A DNA stretch of 63,925 nucleotides, the filler included, from Conidiobolus incongruus B7586 (Eukaryota): assembly GCA_000697335.1 (NCBI GenBank). It is 10 parts of 10 records of this genome, joined end to end, with 100 filler letters (N's around TTAATTAATTAA, not from the genome) between each part and the next. Parts side by side here need not be neighbours in the genome. Positions count along the whole stretch, not along the records: positions 1 to 31,399 come from JNEM01006643.1; 9 more parts are not named here. One strand, given 5' to 3'. A program made the translations under genes and the position numbers. Each line of letters starts with the position of its first letter. Within the stretch, counting starts at the first letter, position 1. Below the pieces are notes generated by a model. That model saw only the letters and a list, made by a program, of their open reading frames with translations. It was not told the origin of the DNA and did no database searches. Of this stretch, positions 12,813-24,492 are shown one piece after another.

Positions 12813-14511
12813 CTAGTTGCTATTCTTATATCGCTTGGAAGCTGACATTATATCAAACTTTGATTGTCCATTATTGATCAGCTTCACATTAACTTGATTA
12901 GCATTTGGCTTGACTACTGATTGATATAAAGAAGTAATGATTCCTGTTGGCTGAGGAAGGTCTTTGGGAGCTTTAAAATATTAAAATTAATTTAAATTTT
13001 GTTTACAATCAACAGAATAATTACCTGAATCATCAAGTTCTTGCAAATCTAGATTATTAATAAAATCTATTAAATTGGCTAGTAAATTGAAATATTATGA
13101 TATATACAAAGTAATTTGAACTTACCTAAATCTTCGGAGAATTCATTTGAAAAGGATGATGGCAAACTTTTGGTGATATCTGATGAAGTATTGGGAGCTG
13201 ATGAGCTAGGTTGATTTTTTGAATTTGTGCTTAAGAAAGATGTATTCTGGTTTGAGCTATTTGTTTGATTTGATTCGGATTTTACTTGAACAGAATTGGT
13301 GAAAGTCGATCTAATTAAATGAATATTTGTAGATGAAGTATTATTAAGAAGGTTGGAGCTGTTAGTATTAGACGTTACATCGGAGTTAGTATTGTTAGTA
13401 TTCAAGTTATTTGTATTAATATTTGGTAATCCATTAGATCCAGATGACGAAGTGTCAATATTAGAAGGGCCAGATATTGGTGCGGTAATTGTCATGTGAT
13501 TACTAAACATAGTGGGTGCTGAAAAATTAGCTCCGGTAGCAGGATTAAAAATGGTTACACCGGCTAGTAAATATCAAAATGGTATTAGATTATAGAACTT
13601 AAAAGCTTCATTATATTTGAATACCTGGAGTATTATTGTTATTGTTATTTGAAAATACAGGACCTGAATAAGCGGGTTTAGGAGGATTATTAGGAACAAT
13701 TGGAGAAGCTCCAAGAGCAGGCTAAACTGATATTAGTGAGAAAAATGATATGAAATATTGGCAAAAATACCCTCTTGGCATTCTTTGTAGCTTGAAGATA
13801 CTCTTTACTATAAATACAGTTACCCAGGCCATTACCAAATAATCTGAGAGCGCGTTTAAGTGCATCAGTTGAAGCCTCTTTTCTAGCCTATAATTAAACT
13901 GGTAAATAAATATATATTGGGAAAAAATCTAAAAACTTACCTTTTCTAGAGCAGAACCACGAGTCTTTTCGTTTATAGCAGAGCCAAAGCCAACATCCTA
14001 ATAATAAGTTAATGAAATACCAAACTTAATAGTTGAATAAAATACTTCGTGAAAAGTTCCGGATACAAGAGTGACCCTAATTATGATAGAAACACCGACA
14101 TTCCATCTACCATCAACTTGTTCTGTCTAATTTGAAAATCATTAACATTATGGTAGGAAAAATAATCAAAAATATCATATTACATAATCAGTGTCCATTC
14201 TGATAATTTGTGATGACCAACCATCAAAGTTAAATGTCTGATTAGCTATTTCGATAATTTTCCATCCTTCAACATAGCTTAATTTGCCTAATATAATGAT
14301 GAATATTAAGGAAGGATAAAAATATAAAGTATCCTTTACTTCCACCAGGACCTGGTCGTGTAGAGACGTGCATAGGAGAAAGTTGTTTTTGTAAATCTTC
14401 CGAAATTTGGTCAACATCTCGAGCTGTAAAGCTACTGGTAGTTGACACATTTGTGATATTGGACATTTGGGTAGATGGACGTCCGTAGTGTTCGTTTGAC
14501 CAAGGATTCAT
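12813..14511 (-). CDS. RAD52: Rad52/Rad22-family DNA repair protein (9 exons, incl. a 24-nt microexon ~13025-13048)
   Basis: Spliced translation gives [74 protein letters not shown], followed by a low-complexity C-terminus. All introns GT-AG. Confidence 0.92.
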
Positions 14512-15168
14512 TTTATTAAATGAAGAAATAAATATTTAAACAGTCGTTTAAGACTAAAAAATTAAACGAATAAATTTCAAACCCTACAAGTCAAATTATA
14601 ACCGAGATTTCAAGAAAAAAATTATGGGTTAGTGGACTATATAAGGAAATCAAATACAATATGATTTAGAGGGTTTTTCTATAAGAAGTGATGTTGCTTT
14701 TTTAACTTTGAGTTTGGTACAAATAGTTTATATAGCATTTCTCTATAATGTTTAATAGGAAACTTAGAATATAAATATATATAATATAAGGTAGCGGCTA
14801 CTTAACGAAGTTTAATGATGAATATTAAAAAATTCTATTTTTACCTAATTTGGATATTACAAATACTTATAAAAATTTATCTATTTACTAATAATTTATA
14901 TTTTGGTATAGAACACATGTGTGATCTTTCATATTCGAAAATATTTAAATATTATATCATAATAATAATAATAATAATAATAATTCAAACATATACTTAG
15001 TATATCATTTTTCCATGCCAAACTCTTATAGATAGTATTAATATAGATGTTAAAATTTTAAATTTGATTTCCCAAACCAGGAACAATCTATATTTAATCA
15101 AATTCTATTTACATTGAAACTTTTTAATTGGCTAATGATGAAATCTTCATGATTACTAATCACTTCGC

Positions 15169-15219
15169 ATCATTGGACAGATGCCGCGTAAAACGCGCTT
15201 ATCCATTTGATCCAATGAT
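15169..15219. promoter_or_regulatory. Inverted pair of MCB-like (ACGCG) sites flanked by inverted CCAAT boxes, ~670 bp upstream of RAD52
   Basis: atcattgga..cgcgt-aaa-acgcg..tccaatgat: a symmetric GC island in otherwise very AT-rich DNA. Confidence 0.4.
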
Positions 15220-17281
15220 TTTATTGCTTTTGATTAATAATATTAACTTTTGGAATTAGTAATTATTGATACCGAAGATTCGTGCAATATAGCTTTTGAT
15301 GAATTTTGAACTAATCATAGTTAGTATTTAGAAAACTAATATTTATCCCTGTTTCAAAATCTTTCCCATATAAACGCTATATGTCTATTTTATTGGATAA
15401 CTCCTATATTCAAATATGAAAGATCTATTTTCGAAATAATTTTTTTATAAAATAATTTAGTCTATCTACAGTTCCAATTTTTTAAATATCTGATTTGAAT
15501 TTGCCCAAATTAATGTAATTTATTTTTATTTTTATATTCATATTAAAATCATTAAAATATAATATCGATTTTACTATTTATATGGTATTTAGTCTATTTA
15601 ATATCATTACTCAATACGGACAAATTCATGATATGAAATCATTTGAAAATATAACTAGAAATTGATAATGTTATGAATATTGATGAACAAACTTTGAATT
15701 TAAACATAAAATATTTACAGAAGATTTGATCGCCAGTATTAGCCTTAGAAAATGAAACGTAAAGATTGCATATATGTGATTATATTTAACTTATATTGAA
15801 ATTTTATTAATACTTTTGAATTAAACTTTCTATCAACTGATAAATAAATGGTGATAAAATTGCAATACTCATTACAATTTTTTTAAATTTCATTTAATAT
15901 ATAACAAAATCTGAAAATGATTATTCGATTATTGAATTTTTTTAATATCAATATTTTTCACTGATTTTTAAACTAATTTAACATAAGCAATAGTTTGCTG
16001 GTTCAATTGCGTTTATTATATTAAAACCTAAAGTATTTAACATTTAATATTAACAATGTTTCTCGATATTATTTCTTACAAATTTAAATATTAGAATATT
16101 CAGTTCATTTTGAATATTAGTATCTCTAATAGCTTGAAATGAAATATGAAATCCTTACAATAACTTATATTTGATGGTTTTAATTTCTTTTTAAACTTCA
16201 ATAATATAAATTAAATTAATAGAATAGCAATGTTCCCAAATTCCATAACCATGATATTTTAGTAGAAATATGAATTTTAATAGTTTTATCATATAATTCT
16301 ATAACTCTAAATTTCAGCATACTAAACATAGAATAAATATAACACAAATATATGTTATTAACCATCAAAATAGATTATGTTAATTAACACTGATTTAAAA
16401 TTCTTTCAAAAAATTTGATAGCGAAATAAATATACTGAAGTATTCAAATTTTTAATTTACTGGTTCATTAACTGTGAATAACCCTCAGAAATTTTTAACA
16501 AACTTTAATTAAACTAGGAATTCGGCTAGGAGTTTGGTTCAAATCCCCTTAATATTTTAATAAATGCTTAATATTTCTGTAATCAATGATAGTACAAAAT
16601 TTAAAAAACGCATTGGTTATATCTGAAAAATATTAGCCTTTTTTTACTAATTAGAGAATTTAATATTGAAATATACTATTCACATTTCCGCGTGATTGTT
16701 TTGGTCAAAATATATTTTTTTCTGGCTAATTTATAAAATCGTACCAAATAACAAACCAATGAAACTTTAGCAATATAATAATAATTAGATATATATTGAT
16801 TATTGCTATATTCAAAATTTTGTAGCTTAATCAATATATTGCAAGTATATCATTGAATAAAAATAATATTCATTTTTTCAACTGTGCATCTATATTAAAA
16901 TTTAATGAAATTTTACAGCAGCAACTGGATCTAAAAGAGTGAGACGTTAAACAGATGACTGGTTGAATATTTGAATGAAACCTGATAATGGGAGTATAAA
17001 TATTGGGTTAAATCACCAGGTCAAAGTGATTTTTCACTCTTATCACCACAATCCTACAAATATAACTTATTCACTCTAACTTCATTATTTATCAATTTAA
17101 ATTCATCCCTGCGCCTAAAAGATTTGTTGATAGATTTAATAATTTTTTAACTATTTAAATTTAAAATCAAGAACCATATTAAAAAATTTATTTCAGTATA
17201 AATATACGATATACTGCTAATTATCCGTGAAAAAATTTTATACCAGTGATATTCAATATCTATTCAATTACTCTTTGAACC

Positions 17282-18430
17282 ATGAACCTCATTCAGACTC
17301 CTGTAAATACTAGTGTAAATATGTTTAGTCAAGAAGTGAGCCAAATTGATTGTGATTCCTAGTATATTTTACTGATTAACTTTTTTATGCAGACTTTGAC
17401 TATTCCTAATCAAGATATTCAAGTAATATATTTTTACTCAACTGTTAGTTGTATTAACTAATTTAATATATTTTATAGAATGAAAGCTACCGACTATTAC
17501 AAGAAAAGTATCAAGATATACTGGAATGTAATGAATTGTTAAAAACTCAAATAATCGCTTTCCAAGAAGAAATAATCAAATTAAGAGGTATTCATATATT
17601 AATTATTTTTTAAAATTCATATGATTGATGTCAATTATATTATAGAGGAAAAAGCGCATTTGAATGATATGTTAAAAGATAGCGAAGAAAAATTACTCCA
17701 GTGGCAAAACGAAGTAAATACACAATTAATATTTCTGATTTGGGCTTCGGTTGATATTCTGGTAATTTAGGTATATCAAGAAGAGCAAAATAAACTTAAA
17801 TCAATTATCAGAGAACAACAAGAACAGATCGAAGCTGAAACTGCCAAAGTAGATCAATCATCATTTTCATGAATAAAATACTAAAACATATTTTTTGAAT
17901 AGAACGCTCAAATTCAATCCGAACTAGATCAAAGCTATAAAACTATCCAAAGATTGGAAGACTTACAGAACAACTATACATCAAGTCTTTCATTAAAAAA
18001 TCAAGAGTTAGGCAACAGCTCAGTGGACTATCTCGACATTATGGTAACCTCTGCATGTATTCCTTCTATTCTTAATATTTATTTAAGTATTTAGAAAATT
18101 GAATTTGAACAACAACTTTTGCATATAAAATCTCAAAACTCTGAACTGATCCAAGAAAAGGAGAACCTAGAATCTGAGAATGCGCGATTGAAAGAGCTAT
18201 ACGATCAGCTTAGAGAAAAATCGGCACTTCAGTCCCAAACAATCGACCATCTCACTCTATTTTCCAATTCTGAGACCTCTTCACCTACTTTTAGTCCATC
18301 TTCTCGTCCCTTATCCATCCATCGCACACTCTCCAACTCCTCCAATTTATCTCTGCCCATTTTCTTGTCCTCCTCTAAGCATATGCACTCACCATCTTTA
18401 TCTGAAAAATTTCCAGACATGTTCAATTAA
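17282..18430 (+). CDS. Coiled-coil protein of unknown function (7 exons)
   Basis: ATG at 17282. Six GT-AG introns link Q/E/K/L-rich heptad exons in frame to the Ser-rich terminal exon ending TAA at 18430. Confidence 0.75.
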
Positions 18431-18754
18431 GGATATACCCAACCGCTGTGATGATTTGCTATTTCATACACAAACTATTTAATTTCTAAAAACTCTTCAA
18501 GTGACAATAGCTTATATCAAAAGTATTACAAGATCATCACAACTTTACGTTTACACACCGATCCAAAATTATTATATATGTATAACTCAAAAATAACTTC
18601 AATAATTATTATATTATTAACCAGTATGTTTATATTTATTAAAATAAAATCATTTATAATAAAAAAGCGCATTTCAAATATTCAAATGAACATACAAAAA
18701 CAAAATAATATTTATTAAGATATATAAAATTACAGTGTCTAAATATTATATTAC

Positions 18755-19268
18755 TGTGAAAATTGTTACTTGCTTGATAGCTTTTCTCATTTAAAATCAC
18801 TACCAAGTCCCCGATTAACCAAATTAGACTATATTAACATTCCACCAGTCTCACGTCCCAGTGACCTCACTATTACTCAGCCGTAGCATACTTATGCCAA
18901 CATTTTTCACTTAATTCAAAAAAGGGCTTTCTTTTTTTACAAATAAACCTTTTTCTCTACTTCCAAAAACCACCCCCTTAGTATATTCAAATAGCTGCCT
19001 ATAGCTCCACTTAAGTCAACTTGCATTATTGATTCTACACTCGTTCCTATTGATATTTTGTGATTCCGTCCCCTTAACACACCAACACTGCTGTTACTGG
19101 GCTAGTTGCTCTTTTCAACGCTCCGTTTAAAGTGACCATGGCCGGATAGCTAGGGAACAATTCTTGGCAATCTACCCCAGTTGATAGATGCCATGCTTCA
19201 CAACCTGGCTTACACAATGGCTGTGTCGGTGCCCTCAATGCCGCTACAAGAGCTAATACCCACGGATA
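18755..19268 (+). mobile_element. Older, diverged solo LTR (same family as 19273-19829, opposite orientation)
   Basis: Aligns end to end with the reverse complement of 19273-19829 (TGTGAaaATTGtTAC vs TGTGAcgATTGcTAC; aatggctgtgtcggtgccctcaatg vs aatggctgtgtcagtgccctcaatg). Confidence 0.75.
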
Positions 19269-19272
19269 TTTT

Positions 19273-19829
19273 TGTCACGGTTATTAGCTCTTGGAGCGTC
19301 ATTGAGGGCACTGACACAGCCATTCTGTAGGCCAGATTGTGAAACATGATACCTACCAGCTGGGGTAAACTACTGATGATCAAATCTCTGGCTATTCGGC
19401 CTTGATCACTTGTAAATAGGGCTTTGTAAAGAGCGACTAGACCAGCAGCAACAGTGGCAGCGTTAGGATCCGACATGCTAAGAAGATGGAGTCAAGGAAT
19501 ATCAATAGGAACGGGTTTAGAAGGATTAGTGTAAAATGACTCAAGTGGAACTATAAGCAGTTACTTGAGTATACCGAAAGGGTTGGTTTTGGATGTAGGC
19601 AAAAGGTTTATTAATGTAAGAAAGTAAGGTAAGAGAGAGAAATCAAGAAAGGAGACGAGCCCTTCTTATACTTAAGTGAAATATATAGGCATAGGTATGC
19701 ACGGATGAGTAACAGTGAGGTCACTCAGACGTGGACTGGTAAAATGTTGATAAGGCCTAATTTGGTTAATCAGGTACTTAATAGTGAATTGGAGTGAGGA
19801 AAGGTATCAATTAGGTAGCAATCGTCACA
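19273..19829 (-). mobile_element. Solo LTR (557 bp) with 5-bp TSD ATTTT, 10 bp upstream of tRNA-Gly
   Basis: Ends TGTCACG...CGTCACA (TG..CA, imperfect terminal inverted repeat). ATTTT at 19268-19272 and 19830-19834. Minus strand has a TATA-like TATAAG followed by AATAAA. Confidence 0.82.
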
Positions 19830-19839
19830 ATTTTAGTAA

Positions 19840-19910
19840 GCAATGGTGGTTTAGTGGTATAATTACCGCCTGCCACGCGGTAGACCGGGGTTCGATTCCC
19901 CGCCATTGCA
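19840..19910 (+). tRNA. tRNA-Gly (GCC)
   Basis: GCAATGG..TAGTGGT..ACCGCCT-GCC-ACGCGGT..GGTTCGATTCC..CCATTGCA, followed by a TTTTT Pol III terminator. Confidence 0.96.
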
Positions 19911-20065
19911 TTCGTTTTTGATCATCACTTTGAATATTATATACAACTTTTTCAATTCTTTGCACAAACTTAATTAAATAATTTCGACATACAATAAATT
20001 AGTATAAAAAGAAACTTCTATATAATATAATCTGATATAATTTTGAATATGAATATAAAATTTTA

Positions 20066-22580
20066 TTATTTGGCAAAATGGAAATCCCAATTATCAACCC
20101 ACTTTCTAGCTAAAACTTGTGGAACTGTCAAGGATGTGGTACCATAAGTAATGGGGGCAAAGTACCAGAAAACTGCCAATTGTAAAGCTACGATCACGAC
20201 AGCAGCGATGTAGGCCTTGGTACGGGGCACGACAGGATGCTGAGTGGGGTAAACAAGGGTATTGGGATCAGAGACGGCAGAGTCTACATCTCTGATGAAA
20301 ACATATTGGAAGTAGACACCAAGACAAAGGTATTTGAAGACGGCAGCGGGAAGGTAGTGATGCAAGAAAAGTTGACGACCCATAAAGAAGAATGGGAAGA
20401 GATGAAGTGCCCAAGCAAGTAAAAGGAAAGCACCTGATCTATAAAGTCTGCGTTGGAGTGATGGATCTAAACGTTGAACGCCTCGGCGATTGAAGAGGAC
20501 GTCAAGAACAAGAGTGGTGGTAAGCATGATCAATACAATACATCCAAGCCAGTATCCGAAGGGATTACCAAGGATATAAATTTGTTGTTTGGTTTCATAG
20601 TTTGTCCAGAATGATGTACCACGGTTGGTGATAGGCCATTGCCAGGGTCTGGTAGCGAAGGGATGTTCGCTAGTGATTTCGTTGTTTTTGATAAGCATCT
20701 GAGTGTGCAACTCAAAGAACTTTAAGAAAAAGTTTCTATGGACAGGATCCTTAGGAGCGACATTTTCACTTTTACCAATCACTTCATGTACGAGCCAAAG
20801 GTTATGAGCCTTATCGAATCTACGATTACCATTGACTTCAAATTGACCAAAACCCCAGTCGGGAAGCTTGACAGTATGTGAATAAATGAAAACACCAGTG
20901 GTTTTATGCTTAAATGAAGTGTGGTGAACACGTGTCTTCCAAGCAGTTTGGCCAGGATTTCCTTGGTCAATAATAACTTGGAAAAGGGTATCTTCGTAAC
21001 GTTCAGTATTATCACCAGAAATTGTGGTCATTTCCTGGTTGGTGGGCATAGTAGGTGATGCAACATCATGAGTAACCAAAAATGTATTGGTCTGAACATG
21101 CTCAAACCTAACAAAGTCACCATCTATAATTTGGTGCTCTTTATCATCGTCAAAAGGCTTGGCAGGGTGAATCCTCCAATGATTGTTAATATCAGGATGA
21201 GAATATCCAGTTACTTGTTGACCTTGAGTACTTACTCTACCATCAGCATAACGTAAAGGATAGGTGAAATTATGAGAATGCAAGAAGAATCCATGAGAAC
21301 GATGAGCAATGGTAACCACATCTCCATAATTAATATTGATACTAGCAGAATGTAGTGGATTATCTTTCAAAGTAGCTTGAAAGGCGGGAGTCATATAAGC
21401 ATCACCAGGACCTGATAAAGGCAAGACAGTGAAATGAACCCAAAAGATAGACAAATATACTACAATGGGAACAATAATGAGGCCAATGACTCTAGCACCG
21501 AAATGATAGCCAAATTGTTGCTAAAAATTGAATTAATTTAATGAAAATAAAATATATAAAATTTTGACTTACAAGAGTGAGCCCAGTGTTAATATCCAAA
21601 AGGTGCCACAAATCCAAGATTGTTGCAATACCAACCAAAGAGATAACGAATAAACCAACCATCTTACAACCAAGAGTAAGAGCTAAACTAACACCTGTCA
21701 AACAAAGCCAGACCCACCATTTAGTTGAAAATGCACTAAAAAGCTCAGTTTAATCAATTATATCACGAAAATCAAATTCATAATAATTACTTGGTTCTCA
21801 ACTTGTAAAACTTGATATAGCAAAATACGCTAAGAGTAGCAAAGAAAATAAGTTGACTATCCAAAAGAATAAGACGACTTTGAGTGATTAAAGAATTGTC
21901 AAAAAGAACCATAGCGGCGGTGAGGATGCAAGTAACCACAGCGTATCCAGATTCTTGCATAATCAAATAAACTAGAGGGACTACGGCGGCACCAAAGAAA
22001 GCAGGGATAACTCTTAATCCAACGTAGGGTACACCATGTTCGTTATAGTTCAAACCGATTTCATCGAATTCAAATTTACCGTCAAATCCCAAGAAAAAAC
22101 CACCAAAAGCAATCAATAACTTAGCTAATGGAGGATGAACATCGAAAAAGTATGTTCCTCTAATGTAATAACTGGCAAATTTACCAAAGTGAACTTCATC
22201 AAATCTATACGATCAATTACAAATCTGTCAAATTTTAAAATATACAAAATAAACTTACACAACTTGATCGGGAAAGTGAAGCATATAAAATCTTGTAACA
22301 AAAGCTAAAGCTGTAACAATAAGGAGAGCTACCTTATTTTGATAAACGTGGTTTATCCAAGCATTTCTAATCTAAAATTGAATTCATCAGTTATGCATAT
22401 TTAAGAATGCTAAATAAGATATTGACGTCATCTCAAAATTGTAAACAAATTATGAAAAATACTTACATGAACTTTAGCTTCCTTCTCAGAGCTATTATCA
22501 TCAGAGTGATTAGCTTTTTCACTCGGTTTGCTAGATTGACCAGAGTTGGGGTTTCTATTTCTGACAGTACCAGAAGTCAT
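20066..22580 (-). CDS. PMT4: Dolichyl-phosphate-mannose:protein O-mannosyltransferase, PMT4 subfamily (5 exons)
   Basis: [37 protein letters not shown] domains, [12 protein letters not shown]-terminal WDFHFAK. ATG at 22580; GT-AG introns. Confidence 0.93.
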
Positions 22581-23081
22581 AGTAATATCCAATATAGTTT
22601 CTCAATTGAATACCAATATAATAATTTAAAATACTAATACAAAATATCACAAAGTATTAAGGATATATTGATTAATGTATTTTATTATAATAATTATTGA
22701 TTGAGTGATACTGAATAAGATAAAAGATTGATAGGGATTTGTTAAGTTAAATACTCAACCTTGGAACTAAATTTAGAATTACATTGTACTAAAATAGTGA
22801 ATTATCCATTTGTGATAAATTATAATAATTCATGTGAAAAACTATAAATATTTTTGTAATGTGCTTGATCTTTGAATCAAATAATTTAGATTTAGGCTAA
22901 TAATATCTTTACAAGTATTATTTTAGCATATACCAATATATATGGATTATAATAAACATATCAGAAGACCAAGGTAGATCATTACATAACAGTATTAAGT
23001 AATGTATCATATTTATTCAATAAATTAATTTTATTTACAAAAAACTACTAGAAGGAATAAATTAGGTTCAATTTCCATTAA

Positions 23082-24492
23082 TTAAACAGGGCAGGGATGG
23101 TTTAAATATATCAGTTTCCAATCCTTTTCGCTGGAGGGAATTATTGTGTCAAACAATGATATTTTTGCATTTTGGAACCTCGATAGGGGCATGTAATAGT
23201 TAACAATGTAGTGAAGAAGTATTTTGGGCCAGAATTGACTGTGGCTATATATTAAATAGATCCATCTCCAACTGAGCACAATCAAGGAGACTGGTAGCTC
23301 ATAAGATTGGGATTGAAAGTAGTGATAATATAAAATTTTAGGAACTTTGCTAGATATCCGATTCATTACGATCATTTTGCAGACGCTGATCAACTTGTCC
23401 AAAAGACGGCACAGGGAGCATTGCTCCGCGACAAAAGAGTTTGATTTGGATAGTTCTGCACTGGTGGGTGGCGTTATTTGCGTCCGTAGGTTGGATGGCG
23501 CTAGACGAGTCTGCTCTATCAGCATGCTGATTTCTTCCTCTAGTTTAGGGTCCAGGATGAATGATGCAATGGATGATCTCCTTGAAAGTGATGTATACGA
23601 TGTGACAGTGGGACTAGGAGATCCACTCCTTCGATTCCGGAGATGGCTAATGATTGGAACATTTAAGCTGGTGGCACTGGGATGTCTACCTAGGGCATTC
23701 TGGGCATCTTGGATAAGATTTTCCAATGTATCACATATCCGATTATAATGATCCTCTTGAAACTCGTCATCTGAATTTTGTTGTCTAATCCTGTTAGTTA
23801 TTTCCATTCCTTGTAGTTGATATTGATCTAATTTATCCGATGCAGTACTCAGCTCGTTTTCATAAAAACTTAAATCAAATGATTCTTTGTCGTCTAGAGA
23901 GAATTCATTATCATCTAGTTGTGATATATAACTAAGGTCTTCTTCATATGGTAGAAGAGTTGGGCTATTGGTACTTGAAAAGCCACAAGCACTAAATCAT
24001 AAAATATTTTAATCGTTTTAAATACAAAGAAATGGTTCATAAATTACCTTTCGAGTTGCTGTTTCAACAACTGGACCTTTGTCTGTTCCATTTCCAATTC
24101 CAATTTCAGAATATTAATTACATTTTGAGTATTTCTTAACTTTTAGAAAATTAATATCAGTTATATTAAATTACATAATAATATATTACTTTTTCTTTTA
24201 AAAAATCTCTTAAACGATTTTCTTTAGGGTACATAGGTGGGTTTGCTATGGTGGTACAATTAGATAAATTTTCAGAGCAATAAGAGGTATCGAGGTCGAA
24301 AGACTGAAATTTAGGAGATGGGAAATTTGTAAATGGAGCTTCTTTCTGATATTCAAACTGAGGCAAACTAAGCTCACAATCGATACCCCAGTCACTTTGA
24401 TATTTATTAATAGAGTATGTATTATTTTTATTTTCTAATTCAAACTCGTAGTTTAAGCCCTGTGAACTTGGTTCCTTTTCAAAAATATCCAT
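23082..24492 (-). CDS. Hypothetical protein (3 exons; short coiled coil, Ser-rich region, hydrophobic C-terminus)
   Basis: ORF 24492 (MDIFEKE..LKEK|GT) splices in frame through ~24140-24048 and ~23991 into ORF 23807-23082. Confidence 0.7.

Noticed and set aside
14289..14339. Apparent non-canonical (GA) donor in the first RAD52 intron
   Set aside because: A canonical GTAAAG donor a few bases upstream restores the frame (PGGSKLSY).
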